This document shows, one piece after another, positions 28,908 through 38,032 of a stretch of 64,000 bases of DNA. Each line of letters begins with the position of its first letter. Within the stretch, counting starts at the first letter, position 1. A program made the position numbers and the translations under genes. The DNA is from an uncultured Lachnospiraceae bacterium (lineage in GTDB: Bacteria; Bacillota; Clostridia; Lachnospirales; Lachnospiraceae), in contig CAYRMW010000002.1 of NCBI GenBank assembly GCA_964425595.1, forward strand, positions 9,368 through 73,367. The letters run 5' to 3'. The notes beneath the pieces are model-generated. The model ran no database searches. It saw nothing but the letters and a program-made list of their open reading frames with translations, and was not told the origin of the DNA.

Positions 28908-29805
28908 AGAGGTGCAGAGCAGGACAGAACAGGGAAAGACCGCGATGGTCGAGTTTTCGATGGAGGGGAAGACCTGGAGAAGGGTATGGATGCCGAGAGA
29001 ACGCCTGATCCTTCTGGGCGGGGGGCATATCGCTCTTGCGCTGTGCCGGATCGGCGCGCTTCTGGATTTTGACGTGACCGTGCTGGATGACCGCCCTGCT
29101 TTTGCCAACCATCTGCGGTTTCCCCAGGCAAAGACCGTGATCTGCAATGGATTCGGACCGGGACTGGAGGAGATCGGCCCCGGGGAGGACGATTATATCT
29201 GCGTGATCACCCGCGGGCACCGCTGGGACGGCGAATGCCTGCGGCAGATCCTGAAGGGCCGGATGCCGGCGTACCTGGGCATGATCGGTTCGAAGAGGCG
29301 GACGGCGGGGATGATGGAGGAGCTTGAGAGAGAGGGCTTTGCCCGGGAACGGCTGGAAAAGATCTGCGCGCCGATCGGTCTGCCGATCGGCGCGCAGACG
29401 GCGGCCGAGATCGCAGTGTCGATCGCGGCGCAGCTGGTCGAGTATCGGACGAAGAAGCGCAGGAAAGCGGAAGAGGCGGGACGCCTGTCCTGTACGGATA
29501 TGGATGCGCCGGTCGTCGGGGCGCTTGCCGGGGGCGCGGGGAGCCAGACGATGGCGCTGGTCGTGGAAACCAGGGGATCCACGCCGGCCAGAGCGGGCGC
29601 GATGATGGCGGTAGACGCCATCGGACGCGCGGTGGGAACCATCGGCGGCGGCTGCGGCGAGGCGGAAGTGATCCGGGAAGCCGTCCGTATGGCAGGAACA
29701 GACCAGAAGAAGCTGGTAACGGTGAATATGACGCATGAAGTAGCGGAGGAAGAGGGCATGGTCTGCGGCGGCACGATGACGGTGCTCCTTGAAGGAATCA
29801 CATGA
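28888..29805 (+). CDS. XdhC-family accessory protein (Rossmann domain first, XdhC_CoxI-like domain last)
   Basis: ..LILLGGGHIALALCRIGALLDFDVTVLDDRPAF..YLGMIGSKRR..CAPIGLPIGAQTAAEIAVSIAAQL.. forms the XdhC C-domain type. It is followed by ..ALVVETRGSTPARAGAMMAVD..GTIGGGCGE..GMVCGGTMTVLLE, which is the type normally found at the XdhC N-terminus. ATG 28888 overlaps the upstream stop by 20 nt. Confidence 0.7.
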   Translation: MRQSAFKEVQSRTEQGKTAMVEFSMEGKTWRRVWMPRERLILLGGGHIALALCRIGALLDFDVTVLDDRPAFANHLRFPQAKTVICNGFGPGLEEIGPGEDDYICVITRGHRWDGECLRQILKGRMPAYLGMIGSKRRTAGMMEELEREGFARERLEKICAPIGLPIGAQTAAEIAVSIAAQLVEYRTKKRRKAEEAGRLSCTDMDAPVVGALAGGAGSQTMALVVETRGSTPARAGAMMAVDAIGRAVGTIGGGCGEAEVIREAVRMAGTDQKKLVTVNMTHEVAEEEGMVCGGTMTVLLEGIT

Positions 29806-29881
29806 TCCCGGACCCGTGCGGCATCCTTTCATCAGACGCCGGGACGGGGCGGCCGGGAGACCGGCTGCCCCATCCCGGCAT

Positions 29882-30361
29882 TTACTCCGGATAGACCAGA
29901 CGGTCTTTCGTGATATCGTCCAGCACCTCCGCAAGGAAACGCCGGGCCAGGTAATTCGCCATGGGAAGATTCATATCCAGGTAATTGCCGCAGTCTCTGG
30001 CACAGGCGCCGGGGATCTCGCCCTGATAATCCCGGATAAAGGAAAACATCTCCGCCATCAGGGGCACGATGTCCCGGGAGGTATAGTCTCCGGCCAGCAG
30101 CAGATAAAAGCCGGTACGGCAGCCCATGGGGCCGAAATACAGGACCTGCGGACCAAAGCGGGCGTGATTGCGCAGAAAGGTAGCGCCCAGATGCTCGATG
30201 GTGTGGACCTCGGCCGTATTCATGACCGGCTCACAGTTGGGGCGGGTCATGCGGATGTCAAACGTCGTCACCACGGTGTCGCCTGCCCTGTCCTTCCGGG
30301 ACACATAGATCCCCGGCAGCAGGGCCAGGTGGTTAATGGTAAAGCTGGTTATTTTTTGCAT
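29882..30361 (-). CDS. luxS: S-ribosylhomocysteine lyase
   Basis: MQKITSFTINHL.., metal motif HTIEHL, and the catalytic Cys in GPMGCRTGFY. GGAGG RBS upstream. The ORF-track start at 30493 overlaps the upstream gene. Confidence 0.9.
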   Translation of the reverse strand: MQKITSFTINHLALLPGIYVSRKDRAGDTVVTTFDIRMTRPNCEPVMNTAEVHTIEHLGATFLRNHARFGPQVLYFGPMGCRTGFYLLLAGDYTSRDIVPLMAEMFSFIRDYQGEIPGACARDCGNYLDMNLPMANYLARRFLAEVLDDITKDRLVYPE

Positions 30362-30447
30362 AAACGATCCTCCATTTTGAACGGCCGCGGGGGGCGGGCG
30401 GTCCTTACGTTCTGCCGGATCGCCGCGGACAGCCTGCAGCCGTACGC

Positions 30448-31344
30448 TTACTCCACGGGATTTTTCAATGAGCCGATTCCCTCGATGCGGCATTCCACCA
30501 CGTCGCCCGGCTTCAGGAATTTCGGCGGGTCAAACCCAAGGCCCACGCCTGACGGCGTCCCCATGGAGATGATGGTGCCGGCCTTCAGGGTCATCCCCCG
30601 GGAAAGCTCGCAGATGACATGGTCGATGTCAAAGATCAGAAGCTCGGTATTGCTGTCCTGACGCAGCTCGCCGTTTACCAGAGACTGGATGGAGAGCTTC
30701 GGCGGATAGGGAAGGCTGTCGGCCGTCACGATACACGGCCCCATGGGCAGGAAGCCGTCCAGGCTTTTGCCGAAATACCACTGTTTGTGCCGGTTCTGCA
30801 GGTTCCGGGCGCTGACGTCATTGATGATGGTGTAGCCGAAAACATATTCCTGTGCGTGGCCGGCAGGCACGTTTCTGGCGTCCTTGCGGATGATGACGGC
30901 CAGCTCTGCCTCATAGTCCAGGCTGTCCACGAGATCGGCGTGGCTGGGGATGGGCTGCCCCGGATCGACGGCGCGGTTTGTACGTTTGGAGAAATATACG
31001 GCATATGGCCGCCGGCCGTCGAAGGCTTCCTGTTTATAGCGGGCGGACTCTTCCGCGTGCGCCATATAGTTGATGCCCAGACAGATCACGTCCTGTGCCG
31101 GTTCGGGGATGGGCGCCAAGAGTACGGCATCCCGGACAGGCGCGGCGCCGGGGACGTCTTCCGGCTGTCTTGAGATCCCCCAGGCAACGCGCTGCATCTC
31201 TCCTTCACTGATTTCGCGGATCAGCTGGAGCATGGTTTCGTAATCAATTTCAAAGGATTTCAGAGGGTAGATCCAGCTTTCATCCGGATTAAACACACCC
31301 AGCAGGGTGTGAACGCGGTCTACCTGATAGGTAACAAATTTCAT
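30448..31344 (-). CDS. fumarylacetoacetate hydrolase (FAH) family protein
   Basis: 298 aa with FAH-fold blocks ..DYEAELAVIIRKDARNV.., ..GYTIINDVSARNLQ.. and ..GTIISMGTPSGVG.. AAGGAGG RBS upstream. Confidence 0.85.
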   Translation of the reverse strand: MKFVTYQVDRVHTLLGVFNPDESWIYPLKSFEIDYETMLQLIREISEGEMQRVAWGISRQPEDVPGAAPVRDAVLLAPIPEPAQDVICLGINYMAHAEESARYKQEAFDGRRPYAVYFSKRTNRAVDPGQPIPSHADLVDSLDYEAELAVIIRKDARNVPAGHAQEYVFGYTIINDVSARNLQNRHKQWYFGKSLDGFLPMGPCIVTADSLPYPPKLSIQSLVNGELRQDSNTELLIFDIDHVICELSRGMTLKAGTIISMGTPSGVGLGFDPPKFLKPGDVVECRIEGIGSLKNPVE

Positions 31345-31533
31345 AACGTGAATACCTCCTTGCTGCTTCTTTTATCCTAGCACAGCGAGAGAAAATTTAC
31401 AAATCCTATTCGATGGAACCGTATGATTCCCGGCTTTTCTCCCGAATGGGAGGTGATCAAAGTCATCCTTTCGAAATCTCTCCTTTGCGCGGTTTACGGC
31501 CTGCGTTCCTTCCCATACTCGGTGAAAACGCAC

Positions 31534-31582
31534 GAAAGGCAGGCGGGCCGCCCCGCAAAGGGGACGGTTCCGCCTGCCTTTC
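31534..31582 (-). terminator. hairpin terminator after rubrerythrin
   Basis: GAAAGGCAGGCGG (31534-31546) pairs with CCGCCTGCCTTTC (31570-31582), with an inner CCCC/GGGG hairpin. It starts 29 bp past the rbr stop on the minus strand. Confidence 0.6.
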
Positions 31583-31610
31583 TGTATACCGCGAACGCGC
31601 GTCGCCGGCA

Positions 31611-32150
31611 TTAATAGTTTTCCACTTTTCTTTCGAAGTAAGCCTTCGGGTGCGCGCAGCAGGGACAGATCTCCGGCGCTTCCTCGCCCTCATAGATATA
31701 TCCGCAGTTGCGGCACTTCCATCCCAGAGGCGCGTCGCCCTTGAAGGTTTTGTCTGCCTTCAGGCTTTCCAGAAGCTTGAGGTAGCGCCGCTCGTGCGCC
31801 GCCTCTACCTTGGCCACCAGCTCGAACTTCACCGCTAGCTCTTCAAAGCCTTCTTCCCTGGCCTCTCTTGCCATACGCGCGTACATATCGGTCCACTCGA
31901 AATTCTCACCTGCGGCGGCATCCGCCAGGTTCGTTTCGGGCGTACCGACACCGCCGTGCAGCTCCTTGAACCACATCTTGGCGTGCTCTTTTTCCTGATC
32001 CGCGGTCTCCAGATACAGGGCAGCCATCTGCTCGTAACCGGCTTTCTTTGCCACCGAGGCGTAAAAGGTGTATTTATTGCGTGCCTCGGACTCGCCGGCA
32101 AATGCGTCTTTTAAATTCTGTTCTGTTTTGGTCCCACTGTATTTTGACAT
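31611..32150 (-). CDS. rbr: rubrerythrin
   Basis: [27 protein letters not shown].. (ferritin-like di-iron domain) plus a C-terminal rubredoxin-like CRNCGY..CPCC. GGAGG RBS before ATG 32150. Confidence 0.9.
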   Translation of the reverse strand: MSKYSGTKTEQNLKDAFAGESEARNKYTFYASVAKKAGYEQMAALYLETADQEKEHAKMWFKELHGGVGTPETNLADAAAGENFEWTDMYARMAREAREEGFEELAVKFELVAKVEAAHERRYLKLLESLKADKTFKGDAPLGWKCRNCGYIYEGEEAPEICPCCAHPKAYFERKVENY

Positions 32151-32177
32151 AAGCGCCTCCTTCTGCATGATCAAAGA

Positions 32178-32726
32178 TTAACCGAAATACCGCTTTAATA
32201 AGCCCTGGAAGGCACAGCCGTGACGGGCCTCATCCTTCGCCATCTCATGAACGGTGTCATGGATCGCGTCGAGGTTAGCCTTCTTTGCCCGAAGCGCCAG
32301 ATCGAACTTTCCGGCGGTGGCGCCATTCTCGGCAGCAACGCGAAGCTCCAGGTTCTTTTTGGTGCTGGGGGTAACGACTTCGCCTAACAGCTCGGCAAAC
32401 TTGGCGGCATGCTCCGCTTCCTCGAAAGCGGCGGTCTTATAATATTCGCCGATTTCCGGATAGCCCTCGCGGTATGCCTGACGGGACATCGCCAGATACA
32501 TGCCGACTTCCGAGCACTCGCCCTCAAAGTTCGCGCGCAGGTCGTTGATGATATCTTCGCTCACGCCCTCCGCTTTGCCCACGCCGATCTCATGCTGGCA
32601 GGCCCAGGTCATCTCTTCTTCCTGGAGTTTAAACTTGGAAGCGGGAACCTTACAGACAGGACAGGCCTCCGGCGGATTCTCTCCTTCGTGAATATAGCCG
32701 CATACGGTACATACCCATTTTTTCAT
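32178..32726 (-). CDS. reverse rubrerythrin (N-terminal rubredoxin-like domain plus ferritin-like domain)
   Basis: [26 protein letters not shown].. is followed by ..[28 protein letters not shown].. AAAGGAG RBS before ATG 32726. Confidence 0.85.
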   Translation of the reverse strand: MKKWVCTVCGYIHEGENPPEACPVCKVPASKFKLQEEEMTWACQHEIGVGKAEGVSEDIINDLRANFEGECSEVGMYLAMSRQAYREGYPEIGEYYKTAAFEEAEHAAKFAELLGEVVTPSTKKNLELRVAAENGATAGKFDLALRAKKANLDAIHDTVHEMAKDEARHGCAFQGLLKRYFG

Positions 32727-32837
32727 GATCGTGATCTCCTTTTCTTTGTCAGTGAGCCGCGGCCGTACAGGAAGCCCGCAAGTCGGACTGTCCCGGCCGC
32801 GGCCGGATTTATGGTTTCGATGGTTGAAAATTAAAAT

Positions 32838-32850
32838 AGTAATTATTACT
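32838..32850. promoter_or_regulatory. candidate PerR/Fur-type box (AGTAAT-T-ATTACT)
   Basis: A perfect 6-1-6 palindrome in an AT-rich patch between perR and the reverse-rubrerythrin gene. It resembles the 7-1-7 TTATAATnATTATAA Per/Fur box core. Confidence 0.5.
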
Positions 32851-32890
32851 GATATTAATGTAGCACATCGCCTGGACAATGTCAAGCGTT

Positions 32891-33295
32891 TTACGCCGAT
32901 TCCTGAGAATTATTTTCACCGCATGCGCTGCAGATGCCGTAGAAGGTAGAAGTATGGCCTTCGATCTTCCCGTTGAATGAGCGCTGGGCCAGTGAATTGA
33001 TCTCTTCGACAGGCAGCATGGGAAGATCCGACACCTGGCGGCAGCAGCGGCAGACAAAGTGGTAGTGATTGGCGGCGTTGCCGTCAAAGTGGTCTGCGCC
33101 GTCGCCAAAGTTCAGTTTCTGGATTTCGCCAAGCTCCACCAGAAGATTCAGATTCCGGTAGACGGTTCCCAGGCTGATGTTGGGGAATTCCTCGCGGATG
33201 CTGGCGTAGAGGGCATCAGCGGTAGGATGGTCGCAGCGCCTGATAAGGGCATTTTTGATGGATTCGCGCTGCCGGCTGTATTTCAGGGTTTTCAT
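32891..33295 (-). CDS. perR: Fur family transcriptional regulator, PerR-like
   Basis: ..[31 protein letters not shown].., HYHFVCRCC and a second CxxC (CSAC). It is adjacent to the rubrerythrin genes. ATG 33295 follows GAAAGGAG. Confidence 0.8.
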   Translation of the reverse strand: MKTLKYSRQRESIKNALIRRCDHPTADALYASIREEFPNISLGTVYRNLNLLVELGEIQKLNFGDGADHFDGNAANHYHFVCRCCRQVSDLPMLPVEEINSLAQRSFNGKIEGHTSTFYGICSACGENNSQESA

Positions 33296-33350
33296 AGAGA
33301 CTCCTTTCCGTGTTTCGCACGCCCGCAAGCCTTAACATTATACATGATAT

Positions 33351-33370
33351 TAATAACCATTATCATTATA
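33351..33370. promoter_or_regulatory. candidate Fur/PerR-type box upstream of perR
   Basis: TAATAACCATTATCATTATA, AT-rich with ATAAT/ATTAT half-site repeats, lies 56-75 bp upstream of the perR start. Confidence 0.35.
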
Positions 33371-33426
33371 AAAGAAGTTGGAATGCCTGTCAACAGGAAA
33401 TCGACATTGGCGGGAGAGGCGCAGTC

Positions 33427-33462
33427 AAAAAAGGCCGGAGAGGGCTTTAGAGCACCCTCTCC
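33427..33462 (-). terminator. rho-independent terminator overlapping the PHP gene stop
   Basis: On the minus strand, GGAGAGGG-loop-CCCTCTCC (33455-33462 / 33437-33444) is followed by GGCC and TTTTTT (33427-33432). Confidence 0.7.
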
Positions 33463-34175
33463 AGCCTGGGAAGATAGGGAAGCAGGATATCAAGGTTTGT
33501 GTTGACGATGAGTTCGGGCGGAAAGCAAAGCTCTTCCAGCAGGGCGAAGGCCCGGCTGTGGTTGCCTACGTCGCTTTCGATGTGGGCGTCGCTGTTGACG
33601 ATGATGGAAACCTCTTCCTCCATGCACAGCTTCAGCATGATCCGGTAAGCGTCGGCCGCGCCGGCGGAGCGTTGGCTGCGTGGGTGAAGGGATGAGCTGT
33701 TTACCTCCAGAAGCTTGCGGTGCTTTTTCGCGCCCTTTACCAGGGCGGCATAATCGATGGGATAACGGGCGTCATCGGGATGGCCGATGATGTTGACGTA
33801 AGGATTGGCCAGCACATGCAGGTAGGCGCTGGTATTTTCTTCGCAGGTGCCGGGGCGGATGCAGGGGGGATGAAGGCTGGCTATGGTATAGTCCAGATGC
33901 TTCAGAACGTCCTCATCCAGGTCGACGCGGCCCCGGGCGTCCATGATATTGAGTTCCGCGCCCATCAGGACCTTGACGCCGAAGACCTCGCGGGGGATCA
34001 CCCGAAAGTTAAGGAAATAGAAGGAATGGGGGCCGCCCGGCATCATGGGCGCGTGATCGGAACAGCCATAGAGGGCAAGTCCCCTCTCTGCCGCGGCATG
34101 GATCATTTCGTAAAGGGAATTATAGGCATGGCCGCTGGCCAGCGTATGTGTGTGCAGATCCAGAAGATCGGTCAT
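33447..34175 (-). CDS. PHP-domain phosphatase (YcdX-like)
   Basis: MTDLLDLHTHTLASGHAY.. (HxH motif) and ..GCSDHAP.. The 242-aa length is typical of PHP-family phosphoesterases. Confidence 0.8.
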   Translation of the reverse strand: MTDLLDLHTHTLASGHAYNSLYEMIHAAAERGLALYGCSDHAPMMPGGPHSFYFLNFRVIPREVFGVKVLMGAELNIMDARGRVDLDEDVLKHLDYTIASLHPPCIRPGTCEENTSAYLHVLANPYVNIIGHPDDARYPIDYAALVKGAKKHRKLLEVNSSSLHPRSQRSAGAADAYRIMLKLCMEEEVSIIVNSDAHIESDVGNHSRAFALLEELCFPPELIVNTNLDILLPYLPRLERVL

Positions 34176-34452
34176 TATACTTCCTCCTTTTGTCGGTCAG
34201 GCCTGCCGCCGCGCGGGCGCCAGGGCAGTTCGTTTACGCTTAGTATAAAGTTTTCCCGGGAAAAAGTCCAGTCCGGTCCGGAAAAACCTTCCTGCGCGGG
34301 CGGAAGGCGCGCGGGAGAAACAGGCAGGAAAAGAGCGCGGAAATGCCCGCTGTTTGGGCTTTTGTTTTACTCGGGATTGTGCTATGATAGAGAAAGTCGG
34401 GCGGCCGCGGACAGAGAAAGCAGCCGCAGTCAGAAAGGAAGGTGCGAAAGCG

Positions 34453-35391
34453 ATGAGCGACGAAACCAAAATGACAGAAGAGATGAATGCTTCGGATGAG
34501 CCCCGGGAGTCCATGGCGGACTATGAGGCGGAGCTGGAGGCTTCCTTTAAGAAGATACGGGAAGGCGATATCCTGACCGGTACGGCGATCAGCGTGGAAG
34601 ACGACCGGGTGATCCTGGACCTGAAGTACTACGCGGAAGGCATCATTTCCAAAGAGGATCTGTCCAACGATCCGGACTTTAACCTGAAAGAGGAGATCCA
34701 TCCGGGCGATGAGATCACCGCTACGGTAATCCGCCCGGATGACGGAGAAGGGAACATCGTCCTGTCCCGCAAGGCGGCAAATGACGTGCTTGCCTGGGGC
34801 AGGTTAAAGACTATGCTGGAGGAACGGACGGTCGTCCCGGTAAAGATCGCGGAGATCGTAAAGGGCGGCGCAGTGGCCTGGCTGGAGGGCATCCGCGGTT
34901 TTATCCCCGCGTCGAAACTGGCTGCCGGGTATGTGGAAGATTTAAATGAGTGGAATGGAAAGACCGTTGAGGTCACGGTGATCACGGCAGACGAGGAAAA
35001 CAGGCGTCTGGTCCTTTCCGGCCGGGAGGTAGCCAGAGAGAAGCTGGCGGAGGAAAAGCGGCGAAGGGTAGCCCGCTGCCAGCCTGGCGCGATCGTGGAA
35101 GGTACGGTGGAAAGCCTTAAGGATTACGGCGCGTTTGTCACGCTGGAAAACGGCCTGACGGGCCTGCTCCACATTTCCCAGATCAGCAATCAGCGGATCA
35201 AGCATCCCGGTGTCGTTCTGAAGGAGGGTCAGACTGTGAAGGTCAAGATCCTGTCCGCGGAAAACGGCAGGATCAGCCTGTCCATGAAAACGATCATGCC
35301 GGAGGATGAGCCGGAAGAAGTGTTCGACTACAAGGAAAACGGGGAGGCTACCACAGGCCTTGGCGCTCTGCTGAAAGGGCTGAAATTGTAA
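34453..35391 (+). CDS. S1 RNA-binding domain protein (ribosomal protein S1-like, 3-4 S1 repeats)
   Basis: Repeated S1 motifs (..GDILTGTAISVEDDRVILDL.., ..VVPVKIAEIVKGGAVAWLEGIRGFIPAS.., ..GAIVEGTVESLKDYGAFVTLENGLTGLLHISQIS..). ATG 34453 follows AAGGAAGG. Confidence 0.8.
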   Translation: MSDETKMTEEMNASDEPRESMADYEAELEASFKKIREGDILTGTAISVEDDRVILDLKYYAEGIISKEDLSNDPDFNLKEEIHPGDEITATVIRPDDGEGNIVLSRKAANDVLAWGRLKTMLEERTVVPVKIAEIVKGGAVAWLEGIRGFIPASKLAAGYVEDLNEWNGKTVEVTVITADEENRRLVLSGREVAREKLAEEKRRRVARCQPGAIVEGTVESLKDYGAFVTLENGLTGLLHISQISNQRIKHPGVVLKEGQTVKVKILSAENGRISLSMKTIMPEDEPEEVFDYKENGEATTGLGALLKGLKL

Positions 35392-35406
35392 GAAGGAGAA
35401 ATCAGA

Positions 35407-36069
35407 TTGGAAAATATCCTGAAGGATGCGGGTCAGGTGGATCAGTGGGAAGAAACGATGTTTCTTTACGAATCAGCGCTGAAGCAGATGACCATGAAGG
35501 CAAGGATGCTGAATGACGAATTTGTCTGCCGCTACCGGTACAATCCCATTGAACATATCAAATCCAGGCTGAAGACGGCGGACAGCATCGTGCGCAAGCT
35601 GAAGCAGGACGGATATGAGGTGACTATCGAAAACATGAATACCCGTCTCAGCGACATTGCCGGAGTCCGGATCATCTGCTCCTTTACCTCAGATATTTAT
35701 CAGATCGCGGATGTGCTGGAACGGCAGGAGGATGTGACGGTCCTTTATGTGAAGGATTATATCCGCCACCCCAAGCCGAACGGCTATAAAAGCTACCACA
35801 TGGTGGTATCCGTGCCCGTGTATCTGACAGACGGACGGCGGGATGTGAAGGTGGAGGTGCAGATCCGGTCGGTAGCTATGGATTTCTGGGCCAGTCTGGA
35901 GCACAAGATCGCCTATAAATTCGAAGGCGACGCGCCGGAGGCGCTGCTGGGGGATCTGAAAGCCTGTGCCGATATAGTCGATATGCTGGACAACAGAATG
36001 TATTCGCTGAATAAAGCCATACTGGCCATTGCAGAGGAACGGAGGCAGGGCGGAGAACCGGCCTCCTGA
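35407..36069 (+). CDS. small alarmone synthetase (RelQ/RelP-type GTP pyrophosphokinase)
   Basis: IKSRLKTADSIVRKL, DIAGVRIICSF, NGYKSYHMVV and EVQIRSVAMDFWASLEHK are the (p)ppGpp synthetase motifs. TTG start 8 nt after AAGGAG. Confidence 0.85.
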   Translation: MENILKDAGQVDQWEETMFLYESALKQMTMKARMLNDEFVCRYRYNPIEHIKSRLKTADSIVRKLKQDGYEVTIENMNTRLSDIAGVRIICSFTSDIYQIADVLERQEDVTVLYVKDYIRHPKPNGYKSYHMVVSVPVYLTDGRRDVKVEVQIRSVAMDFWASLEHKIAYKFEGDAPEALLGDLKACADIVDMLDNRMYSLNKAILAIAEERRQGGEPAS

Positions 36070-36104
36070 TGCCCCGTGGAGCGGGGGAGGAAAGAGAGTG
36101 AGAA

Positions 36105-37895
36105 ATGGGACTGGTAAAAAAAACAGCGGGCGCTATCCGGGTGAACCTGGTGGATATCCTGGTCTTTGAGCTTCTTTACCGGTTACTGATCTTTCCGACC
36201 TATCTGTTTGCCATGGGGCAGGGGCTTCGGCTGACGATGAAGGAGGCCGGGTTCAGCTACATTACGGAAGAAAATCTGCGCGCATTTCTCCTTCGTCCGG
36301 CTTCCCTGCTGTTTTTGGCCTTCCTTATCCTGGTGTGGCTGGCGGTGGCCGCGGTGGAGGCTGGGGCCCTCTTGACGGCCTTTGAGGCCGCTGCCTATTC
36401 CCGGCGGGTGTGTCCGTCGGAAATGCTGAGCGGCGGCCTGTGGAAAACGGCAGAAGAGCTGAAAAAACGGGATAAGCGTTTTTTTCTTCTGATCGGAGGC
36501 GGGAGCCTGCTGATCCAGGCGGTCCCGCTGCATCTGCTGCTAAGCCGGATCAAGCCGGTGAATTTTGTGATGGAAGAGCTGTTTTCCCTGCGCGCAGGGA
36601 GATGGGCGGCTGGCCTTTTCCTGCTTTTCCTGCTTCTCTGGCTGGCGCCCCGGGCGTGCATCCTCCCGTATTCCCTGATCGAGCGGAGGATGTATGCGGA
36701 CAGCCGCACGCGCAGTTTCGGCCTGTTTAGGAAACGATGGAGACGGATGTTTCTGCTTTTTTTTATCGGGAACCTGGGCCTGGCGGCGGTGATGACGTTT
36801 GCGTGCATCGTGGGAGAGTTCCTTGTGGCAGCGGCGATCATGTTCCTGGTGCGGCAGCCGCTTCAGCTGGCGGCGCAGAGTCTGGCCTCCAGCCGGGTGG
36901 AGCTGGCGCTGCTTTTTGTCTACAGCATCCTGACGGCAGTCCTTAACCTGGGGACCCTGACGGCCATTTATTACCAGGACGCGGAGAGCGTCAGAAAGCG
37001 GGAGGCGTATTTTTCGGGAAAGGAATGGCGGGACGGCAGGCAGGCGGCAGTCCTTGGCGGTGTTCTGGCCGTGGCCGGGGCAGTGATCCTGGCGAATATG
37101 GCGGTCAATGGTTCGCGGCTGCGGGACGATGCCTTCCTGGAGATCCAGATCACGGCGCATCGGGGGAGTTCGACGTCGGCGCCGGAAAATACCATGGCGG
37201 CCGTGGTCATGGCAGTAGAAGAGATGGCGGACTTTGCCGAACTGGATGTACAGGAAAGTAAAGACGGCGTGCTGGTTTTATGCCATGATCTGAACCTGAG
37301 CCGGGTGGCGGGCGTGAACCGGAAGGTCGCGGATCTGACGCTGGAGGAGCTTCAGAAGCTGGATGTAGGCTCTTACTTTTCCGAGGAATATGCCGGTGAA
37401 CCGATCCCGCAGCTGAGCGAGGTGATGGAATATGCCAAGGGAAAGATCAACCTGAACCTGGAACTGAAAAATACCGGCAGCGATACGGGCATGCCGGAGA
37501 AGGCGGCGGCGCTGATCATGGAAATGGAAATGGAAGAACAGTGTGTGATCACCTCCACCAGCATGGAATACCTTAAGCGGGTCAAGGCCGCAGCGCCGGA
37601 TATCCGCACCGGCTATATCATTACGGCGGCCTATGGAAATTATGTGGACGATGAAAATCTGGACTTTATCAGCATCCGCTCCAGCTTCGTGACCGAAGCG
37701 CTGGTGAGGCAGGCGCATGAGGCCGGCAAGGCGGTCCATGCGTGGACGGTGAACACAAAATCGGAGATGGAGGAGATGAAGCTGGCCGGTGTGGATAATA
37801 TCATTACCGACTATCCCGTAATGGCCAGGGAGATCTGCTACCGGGAAGAAGGAGCGGAAGGGCTTTTGGAGCGGCTGCGGCTGCTTCTGCAATGA
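36105..37895 (+). CDS. membrane-anchored glycerophosphodiester phosphodiesterase
   Basis: An N-terminal polytopic membrane domain (about 340 aa) is followed by a GDPD domain (..ITAHRGSSTSAPENT.., ..AELDVQESKDGVLVLCHD..). Confidence 0.85.
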   Translation: MGLVKKTAGAIRVNLVDILVFELLYRLLIFPTYLFAMGQGLRLTMKEAGFSYITEENLRAFLLRPASLLFLAFLILVWLAVAAVEAGALLTAFEAAAYSRRVCPSEMLSGGLWKTAEELKKRDKRFFLLIGGGSLLIQAVPLHLLLSRIKPVNFVMEELFSLRAGRWAAGLFLLFLLLWLAPRACILPYSLIERRMYADSRTRSFGLFRKRWRRMFLLFFIGNLGLAAVMTFACIVGEFLVAAAIMFLVRQPLQLAAQSLASSRVELALLFVYSILTAVLNLGTLTAIYYQDAESVRKREAYFSGKEWRDGRQAAVLGGVLAVAGAVILANMAVNGSRLRDDAFLEIQITAHRGSSTSAPENTMAAVVMAVEEMADFAELDVQESKDGVLVLCHDLNLSRVAGVNRKVADLTLEELQKLDVGSYFSEEYAGEPIPQLSEVMEYAKGKINLNLELKNTGSDTGMPEKAAALIMEMEMEEQCVITSTSMEYLKRVKAAAPDIRTGYIITAAYGNYVDDENLDFISIRSSFVTEALVRQAHEAGKAVHAWTVNTKSEMEEMKLAGVDNIITDYPVMAREICYREEGAEGLLERLRLLLQ

Positions 37896-37936
37896 ACGGC
37901 CGCGCCGGAAGGTGAGGGCCGGAAAAGAAGGGCCGG

Positions 37937-37993
37937 GGCCGCGCCGGAGGATCGGGGCCGCGCAGGAGGATTTGGGCTACGCAGGAGGACCGG
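37937..37993. repeat. three contiguous 19-bp imperfect tandem repeats (GGCCGCGCMGGAGGAnnnG), plus a related copy at 37898-37912
   Basis: Units are 37937-37955 GGCCGCGCCGGAGGATCGG, 37956-37974 GGCCGCGCAGGAGGATTTG and 37975-37993 GGCTACGCAGGAGGACCGG. They lie in the intergenic region between the GDPD gene and dtd. Confidence 0.6.
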
Positions 37994-38032
37994 GAGCCGG
38001 GGCAGGAAAAACAAGGAGAAAAGAGGAGAATT

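Noticed and set aside
37898-37993. The short direct repeats considered as a CRISPR array.
   Set aside because: The units are contiguous with no spacers, number only three to four and are imperfect. There are no cas genes in the window.
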